The position numbers and the translations under genes were made by a program. The notes beneath the pieces were generated by a model that ran no database searches, was not told the origin of the DNA, and saw only the letters and a program-made list of their open reading frames with translations. A DNA stretch of 64,000 nt. Origin: an uncultured Ignavibacteriaceae bacterium. Its GTDB lineage: Bacteria; Bacteroidota; Ignavibacteria; Tepidaquicellales; Tepidaquicellaceae. The DNA lies in the NCBI GenBank assembly GCA_964472195.1, contig CAYYJH010000001.1:10461-74460 (forward strand). The letters run 5' to 3'. Position 1 is the stretch's first letter, and the number at the start of each line of letters is the position of its first letter. Shown one piece after another: positions 9,573 to 19,175 of this stretch.

Positions 9573-10394
9573 ATGAAAACTGTGATGGTTTTTGGTGTTA
9601 GTGGAATGTTAGGAAGAACTCTTTTAGATTATTTTAAGCAAAGGAATTACAACGTTGTTGGTATAACAAGAAACGAGTTTGATATTTCTAAATCGAGCAA
9701 TGACGATTTAAAAGAAATAGTAGATAATAATAAGCCAGAGTATATAATAAATGCAGCAGGAATAATAAAACAAAAAATTAATCTGTTCTCAATAGAGGAA
9801 ACGATTAGAGTAAATTCCATTTTCCCGAGAAACCTTGATAGAATATCCTATGATAAAAGATCAAGGTTAATTCATATTACAACTGATTGTGTTTATAACG
9901 GTTCTAAAGGTAATTATGATGAGAATGATATGTTTGATGCAAATGATGTTTATGGTATGACCAAATGTGCGGGTGAAATATCAAGAGCTATGAATATAAG
10001 GACATCAATAATTGGAGAAGAGATGAAATCGGATTATTCATTGCTTGCCTGGACCAAGGCTAACAAGGGTAAAAAGATAAACGGTTATAAAAACCATTTC
10101 TGGAATGGATTAACGACTTTATATTTAGCAGAATTAATCGATATAATTATTGATAAAGGATTGTATCAACCGGGGATGTATCATTTGCATTCACCCAGCA
10201 CAGTTTCAAAACTAGAATTATTGGAAATTATTAATCAAGTTTATAAACTTGATTTAGAAATTGCATCAATCGAGCACGAACAGAGAATTGATAGATCGTT
10301 GAAATCCATTTATAAACTTCAAGAAATTGTTACAAAGGATATTGAAACACAGGTTAAAGAGTTGAAAGAATTTTATAAGCAATTCAATAAATAA
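9573..10394 (+). CDS. RmlD-like sugar-nucleotide 4-reductase (short SDR)
   Basis: VFGVSGMLG Rossmann motif, YGMTKCAGE YxxxK, 273 aa. Starts 1 nt after the dehydratase stop. Confidence 0.7.
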   Translation: MKTVMVFGVSGMLGRTLLDYFKQRNYNVVGITRNEFDISKSSNDDLKEIVDNNKPEYIINAAGIIKQKINLFSIEETIRVNSIFPRNLDRISYDKRSRLIHITTDCVYNGSKGNYDENDMFDANDVYGMTKCAGEISRAMNIRTSIIGEEMKSDYSLLAWTKANKGKKINGYKNHFWNGLTTLYLAELIDIIIDKGLYQPGMYHLHSPSTVSKLELLEIINQVYKLDLEIASIEHEQRIDRSLKSIYKLQEIVTKDIETQVKELKEFYKQFNK

Positions 10395-10465
10395 ATATGT
10401 TAGGTTAACTAAATATTTTTATTAGGAAATACAAGTTTTTAGAAGTAACATTAGTTTTAAACTGA

Positions 10466-11467
10466 GTGCAAACAGAAAACAAAAGAAATATTTTTAATCA
10501 GAAGGAAAGAATCTCTATTCTTATTCCAACTCATAACGATAGTAAATATCTAAAAGAGTGTTTGGATAGTATAGTTACTCAAACATATAAAAATTTTGAG
10601 ATAATTATTTGTGATGATTGTTCAAAAGAAGATGAATTTAACAAGATCAAATCTATTGTCGATAGCTACAATAGTAAATGTGATTCTATAACATTGCATA
10701 GAAACGAAACTAATCTTGGATATCAAAAAAATTGGAACAAATTAATTGATCTAACAAACAATGAGATGTTTCATATATTACATGCTGATGATGTTTTTCA
10801 TAATAATGAAGTAATATCTAAGCTTGTAAGATTCTTAAACAATCACAAAGACTTTGCATTAGTCGGTGGTCTTGTGGATATTATTGACGCTAACGGTATT
10901 CTATTGAATAGTTCAAATGGAAATGGTGATAAGAAATGGAAAAAAGGAGAAGTCTTTGAGTTTGTAACACAAAAGAATTCGCATATAAACTGTTCTACTG
11001 TAATGATGAGGAAATCTTTTGTAAAGCAGGTTGGGCTGTTTGATCCGGGAATAGAAGGCGCAGATGAAGAGTTGTGGCCCCGTGTCCTGACAAAGTTTCC
11101 GATTGCAGAGTTGGGTGAGTCTTTGGTTTCTCATAGGATTCATTCTGAACAAACCGAATCAAAGTTTTGGTTTAACAAGAAAAATTTTACGGATACCTGG
11201 AAAAAATTCAACGTCGTTATCGATTATGAAGATAGAGTTCATTTAAGGAGAAAGATGAAGAAACATTTAAGGAAAAAATTTTCAAGAAGCGCTTTATATG
11301 TTGCGGATAGAGTCCTTAAGGAATTTCAGTCGAAAAAAATGTCGATATGGCATTTAATGGTTTCATTACGATTTGAACCATTAATTGTTTTGAAACGTAA
11401 AGCATACTGGGTGGTTTTACTGCGTAATTTAAGATCTAAAAAATCCTTAGCAAACAATAATAAATAA
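10466..11467 (+). CDS. Family 2 glycosyltransferase
   Basis: ISILIPTHNDSKYLKECLDSIVTQTY...IIICDDCS, the classic GT2 N-terminal DxD-type fold signature. GTG start. Confidence 0.85.
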   Translation: MQTENKRNIFNQKERISILIPTHNDSKYLKECLDSIVTQTYKNFEIIICDDCSKEDEFNKIKSIVDSYNSKCDSITLHRNETNLGYQKNWNKLIDLTNNEMFHILHADDVFHNNEVISKLVRFLNNHKDFALVGGLVDIIDANGILLNSSNGNGDKKWKKGEVFEFVTQKNSHINCSTVMMRKSFVKQVGLFDPGIEGADEELWPRVLTKFPIAELGESLVSHRIHSEQTESKFWFNKKNFTDTWKKFNVVIDYEDRVHLRRKMKKHLRKKFSRSALYVADRVLKEFQSKKMSIWHLMVSLRFEPLIVLKRKAYWVVLLRNLRSKKSLANNNK

Positions 11468-11480
11468 TCGGAGCTATCAT

Positions 11481-12141
11481 TTGAGTAAGTTCAGGAATTT
11501 TTTAAAGGTTGTATTTCTTGAAGAGCTCTTTAATGGTTCACTCTTTTTTAATTTATTAAAGAAAAACTTTGGAGATGCAAAGACTGTTTTGGAGTTGGGC
11601 GCCGGTGAGGATAGTTATCTAAATTTTAAAGATAGAGATTTTCATATAACAGCTTTGGACCTTCATAAACCCTCCCTTGAGAAATCAAAAAAACATAATA
11701 ATTTTGATGAATATGTTCTTGGAGATGCAAGAAAAATTGCTACTATATTTGATTGTGATTCTTTCGATGTCGTAACGTCCTTCGACCTTATTGAACATTT
11801 TGAAAAAAACGAAGGTTACAGACTGTTAGACGATATGACTAAAATTGCGAAAAAAAAGTTGTTGTATATACACCTAATGGATTTGTTCCGCAGTCAGCAA
11901 CCGATGATAATCCTTTCCAGGAACATAAATCAGGTTGGACGTATCAAGAGATGAAAAAGTTGGGATATAAAGTTTACGGTGTTAATGGTTTTAGAAAACT
12001 CCGGGGGCGGTATGCAGTTCCGAAAATAAAACCCGTGAATTCGGAAATTTCATCTCTAACTTAAGTCAGATTTTCTTGAATATTTCAAGACTACAGAAAT
12101 ATTCTTATGCGATATTGTGTGTTAAAGATGTTAGTAAGTGA
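11481..12141 (+). pseudogene. Class I SAM-dependent methyltransferase, disrupted by a frameshift at an A8 tract and probably a second shift
   Basis: Frame 0 encodes VLELGAGED...DVVTSFDLIEHF and then runs into nonsense after the A8 run (11850-11857). The adjacent frame continues with VVVYTPNGFVPQSATDDNPFQEHKSGWTYQEM..., a family-typical C-terminal block. A9 would restore the frame. A hydrophobic tail (FGNFISNLSQIF...ILCVK) lies in the third frame, ending at 12141. Confidence 0.6.
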
Positions 12142-12169
12142 ATCTTTAGGGTTGTCGATAGCTGATGAA

Positions 12170-12829
12170 TTATATTTCGAAACAATTGTTTTCTTTGTAA
12201 AAAATTGAAGTCCACCATCCAAATCGTTCAATAGGTCCATTACCCTCAAAATCTATCCTTTTATAACCATTATTAATTAAAAAGTCATAGCCTTCTGAAT
12301 ATTTTTCTCTGTCAGCATTATCCCACACTATAACACCATCTGGTTTTAAGGAATTTAATGAATTCTTTGCACAATTTACCCTGTCTCTTCCATCGATAAT
12401 GACTATATCAAACTTATTTGTATATTTAGTGATAACTTTAGAATAATTTCCTCCGGGTACTAAATCAAAATGTAAAAGTTCAACGTTTGAAGGAATTAAT
12501 TTTTTCATTTTTTCATACCACTCTTTGTTATGTTCACATGCAATCACGCTTGCAACACGCTCAGCCCACCATAAAGTTGAATTACCAGAACCGTATTCGA
12601 ATACACTCATATTTCTATCTACTCTTCCTTGAAGGAAACTTATTGCAGGATAAGTCATCCACGGAATAGGTTCACCTTTTGCGTTAATACATTTTCTCTT
12701 CTCCATACTTAAAAACCATCCGGTATCGCTTATGAAACTATCATCTTTAAGTTGGTAAGGACGGATTAGGTTTTTGGTAAATCTATACCGATTCATGATT
12801 TTAATAAAGAATGAATTGTTATTTTTCAC
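12170..12829 (-). CDS. Putative SAM-dependent methyltransferase (only minus-strand gene in the glycan locus)
   Basis: VFEYGSGNSTLWW...ACEHNKEWY...FDIVIIDGRDR...LKPDGVIVWDN resembles a class I methyltransferase core. The family assignment is tentative. Confidence 0.5.
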   Translation of the reverse strand: MKNNNSFFIKIMNRYRFTKNLIRPYQLKDDSFISDTGWFLSMEKRKCINAKGEPIPWMTYPAISFLQGRVDRNMSVFEYGSGNSTLWWAERVASVIACEHNKEWYEKMKKLIPSNVELLHFDLVPGGNYSKVITKYTNKFDIVIIDGRDRVNCAKNSLNSLKPDGVIVWDNADREKYSEGYDFLINNGYKRIDFEGNGPIERFGWWTSIFYKENNCFEI

Positions 12830-12898
12830 AGTTGATATTATTACATTTAAATATTTTATGATAATGCAATATATGGAAAATTCATTGTATTAACAGTT

Positions 12899-13016
12899 AA
12901 GTAAACTATTTTAGATAAAAATTTTATTAATCAGTATTATTATTCTAAAGTAATAGCTTTTCAATAGATTTTAAAAGTAAAGTAAAATATATTATTATAA
13001 TTATGGTAGTTTACTT
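12899..13016. repeat. 10-bp perfect inverted repeat pair flanking about 98 bp in the 279-bp AT-rich gap
   Basis: AAGTAAACTA at 12899-12908 and its reverse complement TAGTTTACTT at 13007-13016. Confidence 0.5.
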
Positions 13017-13108
13017 CATGAGTGTACTATTAAAATTGTTGCTATAAATAGTTTCTTAAAGTAACTAAGTTTTTATAGGATTATTTTTGTTCGGTGGAAA
13101 CAGTATAA

Positions 13109-13939
13109 ATGAAAGAGAATTGCAAACTTTGTGGTTCTACAGTATTTGTAGAATATTTAGAACACAAAGGATATAAATATTTTCGGTGTAAGAATTGTTC
13201 ACTTGTTCAGTTAATGCCAATGCCTGATAATGAAGAATTGAAAAAAGCTTATTCACAGAAATATTACAATGAAGAAAAGAGCTTTGTGAAGAAATATTAT
13301 TGGAACATGCATGAATCATATGAGAAGTTTTTAACAATTGAAAAAAAGGTAGGGAAAATTAAAGGGCTAAAATTATTTGATGTTGGAGCTGGTGAAGGTC
13401 GTTTTCTCGATATTGCTAAAGAATTCGAAGTTGAAACCTATGGAAGTGAAATCTCTGATTATGGCAAGCAGGAAATAATTAAAAAAGGTCACAAATTCAT
13501 TGATAATATCTCTGAATATAAAAACTTCTTTGATATAATAACATTATGGGATGTTGCGGAGCATTTAAATGAACCTTTGAAAGAATATCAAAAATATTAC
13601 AATGTATTAAAAACGAACGGTCATATCTTTATTGCGACCTCTTGGATAGATGATTTAGTGGATAAACTCATGTTTGGATACACTATGTGGTCTGATCCAC
13701 CTTATCATACACTGTTGTATAATAAACACACATTACAAAAATTTTTAAATAATGCTGGATTTAAGAATTTCAATAGAGAAAAAAATCATAAATCAGGAAA
13801 CTATTATCATTATACAAAGAAATTCTGGCTATTGAAACAATTTATTAAAAAATTTATTCGTTATAAAGAGTGGAAAAGAGCAAAACTGAATAATCAAGCA
13901 GGTGTAGGAAGTTATTTGTTTGTATCTGCTCAAAAATAA
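13109..13939 (+). CDS. Class I SAM-dependent methyltransferase with N-terminal zinc-ribbon
   Basis: CKLCGS...CKNCS double CxxC, LFDVGAGEGRF SAM loop, ITLWDVAEHL. Confidence 0.75.
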   Translation: MKENCKLCGSTVFVEYLEHKGYKYFRCKNCSLVQLMPMPDNEELKKAYSQKYYNEEKSFVKKYYWNMHESYEKFLTIEKKVGKIKGLKLFDVGAGEGRFLDIAKEFEVETYGSEISDYGKQEIIKKGHKFIDNISEYKNFFDIITLWDVAEHLNEPLKEYQKYYNVLKTNGHIFIATSWIDDLVDKLMFGYTMWSDPPYHTLLYNKHTLQKFLNNAGFKNFNREKNHKSGNYYHYTKKFWLLKQFIKKFIRYKEWKRAKLNNQAGVGSYLFVSAQK

Positions 13940-13986
13940 AAAAGATTTAAATTTCAATTCATAATATAAGAGTTAGCTCCCCAGCT

Positions 13987-15186
13987 ATGATTGGAACTGC
14001 ATTGTACAGAAAAAGAACATTTGTTACCATCTATCCTGATTTAGAAAATGTTCATATTATGAAAGAACCGGGACAAATTGGATACAGGTTTTCTAAATTA
14101 TTTGGATTCGATAGTATAGTTGTTTCGTATCAAAATGGCGAGTATGAAAATTTAAAATATACTCCTGGTCTTCGACAGAACTTCATTAAGAAAAGATGCA
14201 ATTTCAAATTCTTCGATTTAAATAGCATTAGATATGTGATAAAAAACGCATCCCGCATTGATGTTTTACACATGCAGCATTTCAATTTGGACACTTTATC
14301 TACGGGTTTTGTTTACAAGTTTTTGAATCCTAATGGTTTCTTTTTCGTGAGATTAGATTTCTGCCCGGGTGATTTTTTTGGACCTGAACCTGATATTCGT
14401 TTTTGGTTTAAAAATGATGGAAGAATTAGAACTAAGATTAAAAACTTCCTCCAGAAAAAATTTGCAAAATCAGTCGATCTCTGGAGCGATCAGGACCTTA
14501 GTTCATCAGATTTTGTTACAAAGAAATATTCTTTTTTCAAAAACAAATTAACAGAAGTTTATAACGGGGTTGATATAGATTCAATTCAACAATACAATTA
14601 TCTATTGAAAGAATTCTCGGAGAAAGAAAATATTATTCTTTGTTCGGTTGCACGTGTCGGGAGTTACCAAAAAGCAATTGATGTTCTTTTGGAAACATTT
14701 GCACTTTTGCCCGAAGATATAGGATGGCAGCTTCATATTGCTGGATCAATACAAAAAGAGTTTAATGTTTTTCTAAAAGGTTTCTTTAAAAAACATCCAG
14801 AGCTTCAATCAAAAGTATTTTTTCACGGTGAATTAAATAAAAAGGATTTGTATGAGATGTATAATAGAGCAAAAATATTTTGTTTGTTTTCACGTTATGA
14901 ATCTTTTACAAATGTTTTACCTGAAGCTATGTATTTCAAAAATACGCTTATCGTAACGAATTTTGGTGGTGCAAAGATAATGGTCGATGGTAATAAATCA
15001 GGTTGTATTGTAGAAAGAGATAATCCTCAGCAAATTGCAAAGGTATTGTTGAAATATATGAATGATAACAAATTGTTGGAAGAAACTGGAAATCATTCTC
15101 ACAAATTTGCAATCAATAAACTAAGCTGGGATAAAATTGCTAAAGATTTATACGAAATAATAAATAAAAATGAACTTCAGAGATAA
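13987..15186 (+). CDS. Family 4 (GT-B, Glycos_transf_1) glycosyltransferase
   Basis: C-terminal half has the GT1/GT4 pattern (ILCSVARVGSYQKAIDVLL..., FSRYESFTNVLPEAM with the E-x7-E-like block). Confidence 0.75.
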   Translation: MIGTALYRKRTFVTIYPDLENVHIMKEPGQIGYRFSKLFGFDSIVVSYQNGEYENLKYTPGLRQNFIKKRCNFKFFDLNSIRYVIKNASRIDVLHMQHFNLDTLSTGFVYKFLNPNGFFFVRLDFCPGDFFGPEPDIRFWFKNDGRIRTKIKNFLQKKFAKSVDLWSDQDLSSSDFVTKKYSFFKNKLTEVYNGVDIDSIQQYNYLLKEFSEKENIILCSVARVGSYQKAIDVLLETFALLPEDIGWQLHIAGSIQKEFNVFLKGFFKKHPELQSKVFFHGELNKKDLYEMYNRAKIFCLFSRYESFTNVLPEAMYFKNTLIVTNFGGAKIMVDGNKSGCIVERDNPQQIAKVLLKYMNDNKLLEETGNHSHKFAINKLSWDKIAKDLYEIINKNELQR

Positions 15187-16612
15187 GTTTAGAATTCCAC
15201 AATTGGCGAAAGATAGTTTTCTCGTAACAGTTTCGAATGGCATTAATTATCTGGTTGGTGCTGTATGGGGCATATTACTTGCAAGATGGTTAGGAACGGA
15301 TTTCTTTGGGATTTATATTTTTTGGTATTCGGTTTCGATGATAGTATTTGCTGTGGGAGAGTTTGGATTAACAAATTATCTTACAAGAGAGTTAAGCCAA
15401 AAGAGCGAACAAAAAAATCTCATTTGTAATTATTCTAAACTAATTCTTTTAGTTAATGCTATTTTAGTGTCATGTTTAGTAATATATGTTAAGTATTCAG
15501 AAAGTTTTTTCCCATATTTAGTTGTTGGGATTACTACGATAATAATTGTGCAGTCGGATAGACTGTCTACAACCTTCTCTTCCTGGCATTATGCTAAAAA
15601 GAATGCTCTTTTTATTTCGAACCTATCTGTTGTAAAAAACATTTTTGTGCTGGGTGTGGGTTTTTTATTTTACCTTTCCGAATTTAATTATTTTTATATT
15701 CTGATTGTCCCCGCTTTTTTTTCATTTTTAAGATTCTTGACTACGTTCAGTATTATACTAAAGAAAGAAAAAATATCCTTCATGGATGTTTTATTACACA
15801 AGATCAGTGTTAGTAATCTTAAAGAAAGTTTATCAGCCACCTGGGTTTTTGGTGCGATAGCAATAATAACAACTATTCAGCTTAATAGTGATGCTCCGAT
15901 ATTAAAATTTTTGGGTTTTTCAGAACATGATTTCGGCGTGATTGGTGCAGCTAACAGGATAAAAACTGTGATCGCTTTGACAGGAACATCTATCTTTTCA
16001 GTTGTTTTTCCTCGATTATCAAAAGATTTTAGTATATCAAAGGAAAGATTTACAGATACTTTTTTAAAAGTTTTTAAACCTGTATTTGTTTTTTCAATTA
16101 TGCTATGCTCTTTTTTAATAATTTTTTCGGGTAAAATAATTTTGTTGTTATTTGGAAAGGCTTATGCTGATGCGGTACCTTTCATGGTTTTGTTTTCATA
16201 TGGTTCCATTAGTACAGTGTTGATTCTTTTCGGTCATACTATAACTGCTTTAAATCGACAGGATTTTAGTCTAAAGATGATCGTTATAATTTATACTTTA
16301 GTTCCAATACTTAAAATAATTCTCATACCCGAATACGGAAGCATAGTCGTAGGTTGGTTAGGAGCAATAGGACCATGGACAGGGTTTATAATTAATTTTA
16401 CATTTATACTTAAGTATTTGGTGCCCAAAGTTGAAAGTACTTTTATTTTTAAAATAACTTTTATTACACTAATTGGACTTGTTTTACCTGTGCTGGCAAA
16501 TTATTATGCATTAAATGAATTTATTTCTTTTTCAATTATCTTTTTATTGTTAATCTTGTTTAGCAGATTGTTCAATGTATTAAATTTTAAATCATTAGTA
16601 ATAACACAGTAA
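15170..16612 (+). CDS. wzx: Wzx-like oligosaccharide flippase (MOP superfamily), copy 2
   Basis: 480-aa polytopic membrane protein with MOP/polysaccharide-biosynthesis-protein organisation. Overlaps the upstream GT gene by 17 nt. Confidence 0.7.
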   Translation: MNFRDKFRIPQLAKDSFLVTVSNGINYLVGAVWGILLARWLGTDFFGIYIFWYSVSMIVFAVGEFGLTNYLTRELSQKSEQKNLICNYSKLILLVNAILVSCLVIYVKYSESFFPYLVVGITTIIIVQSDRLSTTFSSWHYAKKNALFISNLSVVKNIFVLGVGFLFYLSEFNYFYILIVPAFFSFLRFLTTFSIILKKEKISFMDVLLHKISVSNLKESLSATWVFGAIAIITTIQLNSDAPILKFLGFSEHDFGVIGAANRIKTVIALTGTSIFSVVFPRLSKDFSISKERFTDTFLKVFKPVFVFSIMLCSFLIIFSGKIILLLFGKAYADAVPFMVLFSYGSISTVLILFGHTITALNRQDFSLKMIVIIYTLVPILKIILIPEYGSIVVGWLGAIGPWTGFIINFTFILKYLVPKVESTFIFKITFITLIGLVLPVLANYYALNEFISFSIIFLLLILFSRLFNVLNFKSLVITQ

Positions 16613-16654
16613 TTTGTAAATAACTTAGATGAAAATAATTATTCATTGTAAGAA

Positions 16655-17989
16655 TTGATTCTGATTATCGTCATATTACTTCCATTTCTATTAAGGAATA
16701 AATATACTTTTCCACTAACTTTTATATTAATAAATACTAATGTTTTGCAATTTAGTTATGGATTAAAGTATGAAATATTCCGTTTTGGTGCTGGTGTAAT
16801 ATTACTTATGGATTACTACTTTGTGATTCTATTCTTTTTAATTTTAAGAAAAATAAATGAAATTAAGTTAGACTACATCTATAACCGGATTTTTTATATT
16901 TTTGGATTCATAACATTAGTTTCTTTATTTTCTTCAATTATTTTTGGATTTGACGTAAATGTTTTTGTTAAGGTTATAAGATTATTCATGCGTTACATAG
17001 CTTATATTTATCTTGCATTATATTTGTATGAATCGCGTGAAAACACTGTTCGATTTATAAGAGTTCTTTTCGTATTAGTTATTCTCGTATTTATTCTTCA
17101 GGTGTATGAATTATCCATTCAGAAAAGAGTAATGATAGATTTAATTGCGAATCCATATAATAAATACTATACTGAAGGTGTGTATATAAACATACCTTAT
17201 TTTGGATGGGTATTGTATGCATGGAATAGAATGTTAGCATTTATGCCTCTTGCTCTTTTCTTTTCTTTTTATTTTCTATTAAGAAATGTCAGAGTTTTAC
17301 CTGTTGGTAATACTATTATGGTTTTAATTTGTCTCCTGTCTGTTTATTTAGGTTTATCACGAATAGGAATTTTTATTTATTCGGTTGCGATGGTCTTTTT
17401 CATTCTTTTAAATCTAAGAACAGGCTCAAAGAGAAAGTTTGCGTTTTTAGGTATAACTGCAGTTCTTGCAATCATACTGTATTTCTATTATTTCCAGGTA
17501 ACAGCTTTAGAGGCATTTTCACTTCGTTTACAAACTGTTGAACAAATACAAACCGGTGAAGAAGGAAATACTGCTCAGAGAGTTATATTCTGGCAGGACC
17601 AGTTTGAGAACGCTTTTGAATCACCCGTAATAGGTAAAGGATTTAATCCGAGTTCATTTAGCACATTAACAGGAGATGTTGGAGTTTCAAACCTGATTTC
17701 CTTATTTGGAATATCAGGTGTTTTAATTCCTTTTTTTATTGTTTATGTAACTATAAAAGCCACAAATGCGATATCAGCTGTTGATATGGATTTCCAGAAT
17801 GCTTTTCTGAGTGTTTTTCTTGCATACTTTATTGCAAGTCTTATAACAGCAGATATATATTTGTCTGGTTCGATCATAATTATTTCTCTAATCGCTATTA
17901 TTACTGTCAAAGCAAATAATGTCAATTGGTTGCTCGATGAAGAAGAAGAAGAAGAAGAACAAGAACTTGAAGATGCTGCTGTTGATTAA
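16655..17989 (+). CDS. wzy: Wzy-like O-antigen polymerase/ligase-family membrane protein with poly-Glu tail
   Basis: 444 aa, about 10 or more hydrophobic segments, a central GLSRIGIFIYS block and a hydrophilic loop (QTGEEGNTAQRVIFWQDQF) as in the O-antigen ligase/Wzy_C family. TTG start, uncertain. C-terminus is DEEEEEEEQELEDAAVD. Confidence 0.65.
   Translation: MILIIVILLPFLLRNKYTFPLTFILINTNVLQFSYGLKYEIFRFGAGVILLMDYYFVILFFLILRKINEIKLDYIYNRIFYIFGFITLVSLFSSIIFGFDVNVFVKVIRLFMRYIAYIYLALYLYESRENTVRFIRVLFVLVILVFILQVYELSIQKRVMIDLIANPYNKYYTEGVYINIPYFGWVLYAWNRMLAFMPLALFFSFYFLLRNVRVLPVGNTIMVLICLLSVYLGLSRIGIFIYSVAMVFFILLNLRTGSKRKFAFLGITAVLAIILYFYYFQVTALEAFSLRLQTVEQIQTGEEGNTAQRVIFWQDQFENAFESPVIGKGFNPSSFSTLTGDVGVSNLISLFGISGVLIPFFIVYVTIKATNAISAVDMDFQNAFLSVFLAYFIASLITADIYLSGSIIIISLIAIITVKANNVNWLLDEEEEEEEQELEDAAVD
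17939..17959 (+). repeat. (GAA)7 trinucleotide repeat encoding the Glu7 tract of the Wzy-like protein
   Basis: Seven consecutive GAA codons read directly at 17939-17959. Confidence 0.95.
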
Positions 17990-18039
17990 TACAGAATAAT
18001 GAAAGAATCAAGCGGAATAATCTGCAAAATACAAAATAG

Positions 18040-19098
18040 ATGATAACTTTAAATAGAATATACTGGGTGTTAGGTGAGCAAAGACACGGTCCTCTCGAAA
18101 AATATTTTGCTAAAGCATTAAGGAAAGCGGGTAAAAGTGTCTCGTACATAAATATACATGATACATACCCGGATTATATTTTAAGGTTAAGCGGATATAT
18201 ACACCGGTTACCGAGAAAGCTTGGGAATACTGCAGAGAGAAGATTTCTTAAGCGTGTTAACTCAGGAATTATTAAAAGATATTTTGAAGAAAAACCTTCG
18301 CATATTATTATTTATAATGACTGTAGAATTCTTCCAGATACACTTAAGATATTTAAACAAAATGGAACAAACATAACCGTGTTTCTTGGTGATGATCCAA
18401 ATTATTATATTCACGGCAAAAAGTTTTTTTTATTTACAGTAATGTTTGCGGATTCTGTGATAACAACTGATACTGGATGGATTGATGGCTTAAAATTAGT
18501 TGGAGTTAAAAAAATTATTTATTCACCTTTGGGTACGGATAAGGAAACTTTTTACACTTTAACACCTTCTGATGAAGATAGAAAAAAATACGGCTGCGAT
18601 GTTTTATTTATAGGCAAGGGTTATTATCTAAATGGTAATGGCATTAGAAGAGCCACTTTGCTGAATGAGTTGACAGATTTTAATATGAAAATATTTGGAG
18701 GGAATGACTGGAGAGATTTATTTTATTATTTTCCTAAATTAGAAAAGCATTATATCCCGGGATGGCTGCCTGCTGAGAAAGTTAACATCGCTTGTAATTG
18801 TGCGAAGTTGTATCCGGTTTTAATGCAAGCTGGTGTAAGGAACGGTGTGTCAACAAGGGTTTATGACTGTATTGCATCGGGTATATTTATTCTATCAGAA
18901 TATAAAAAAGACATTGAAACTCTTTTCCCAGATGGGGAGATAGTAATGTTCAAGTCTAAGTATGAATTAAAAGAGTTAACTAATTATTATCTTGAACACG
19001 AAGATGAAATGAAAGAACATGTTGATAAAGCAAGAGAGTTGGTTTTTTCAAAATACACGATAGAACAATCTGTAAAAGATATATTAGAACAAATTTAA
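18040..19098 (+). CDS. CgeB-like glycosyltransferase (DUF3880 / Glyco_trans_1_2-type)
   Basis: VLFIGKGYY...MKIFGGNDW...STRVYDCIASGIFILSEY pattern resembles the CgeB-family GT-B proteins found in glycan loci. Confidence 0.55.
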   Translation: MITLNRIYWVLGEQRHGPLEKYFAKALRKAGKSVSYINIHDTYPDYILRLSGYIHRLPRKLGNTAERRFLKRVNSGIIKRYFEEKPSHIIIYNDCRILPDTLKIFKQNGTNITVFLGDDPNYYIHGKKFFLFTVMFADSVITTDTGWIDGLKLVGVKKIIYSPLGTDKETFYTLTPSDEDRKKYGCDVLFIGKGYYLNGNGIRRATLLNELTDFNMKIFGGNDWRDLFYYFPKLEKHYIPGWLPAEKVNIACNCAKLYPVLMQAGVRNGVSTRVYDCIASGIFILSEYKKDIETLFPDGEIVMFKSKYELKELTNYYLEHEDEMKEHVDKARELVFSKYTIEQSVKDILEQI

Positions 19099-19175
19099 TA
19101 ATTTTCATTATAAGTGTTCAGGATTTAGAATATTAACAATTATAATAATTTCAAAGAGAGTCCTTTTTATACTTA

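Noticed and set aside
16629-16658. A mini-ORF (MKIIIHCKN-stop) overlapping the TTG start of the Wzy-like gene, considered as a sign of a frameshifted N-terminus. A similar mini-ORF lies at 4928-4954 before wzx.
   Set aside because: I cannot show homology of these few residues to Wzy or Wzx N-termini. The downstream ORFs are complete enough without them. I only record that the starts are uncertain.
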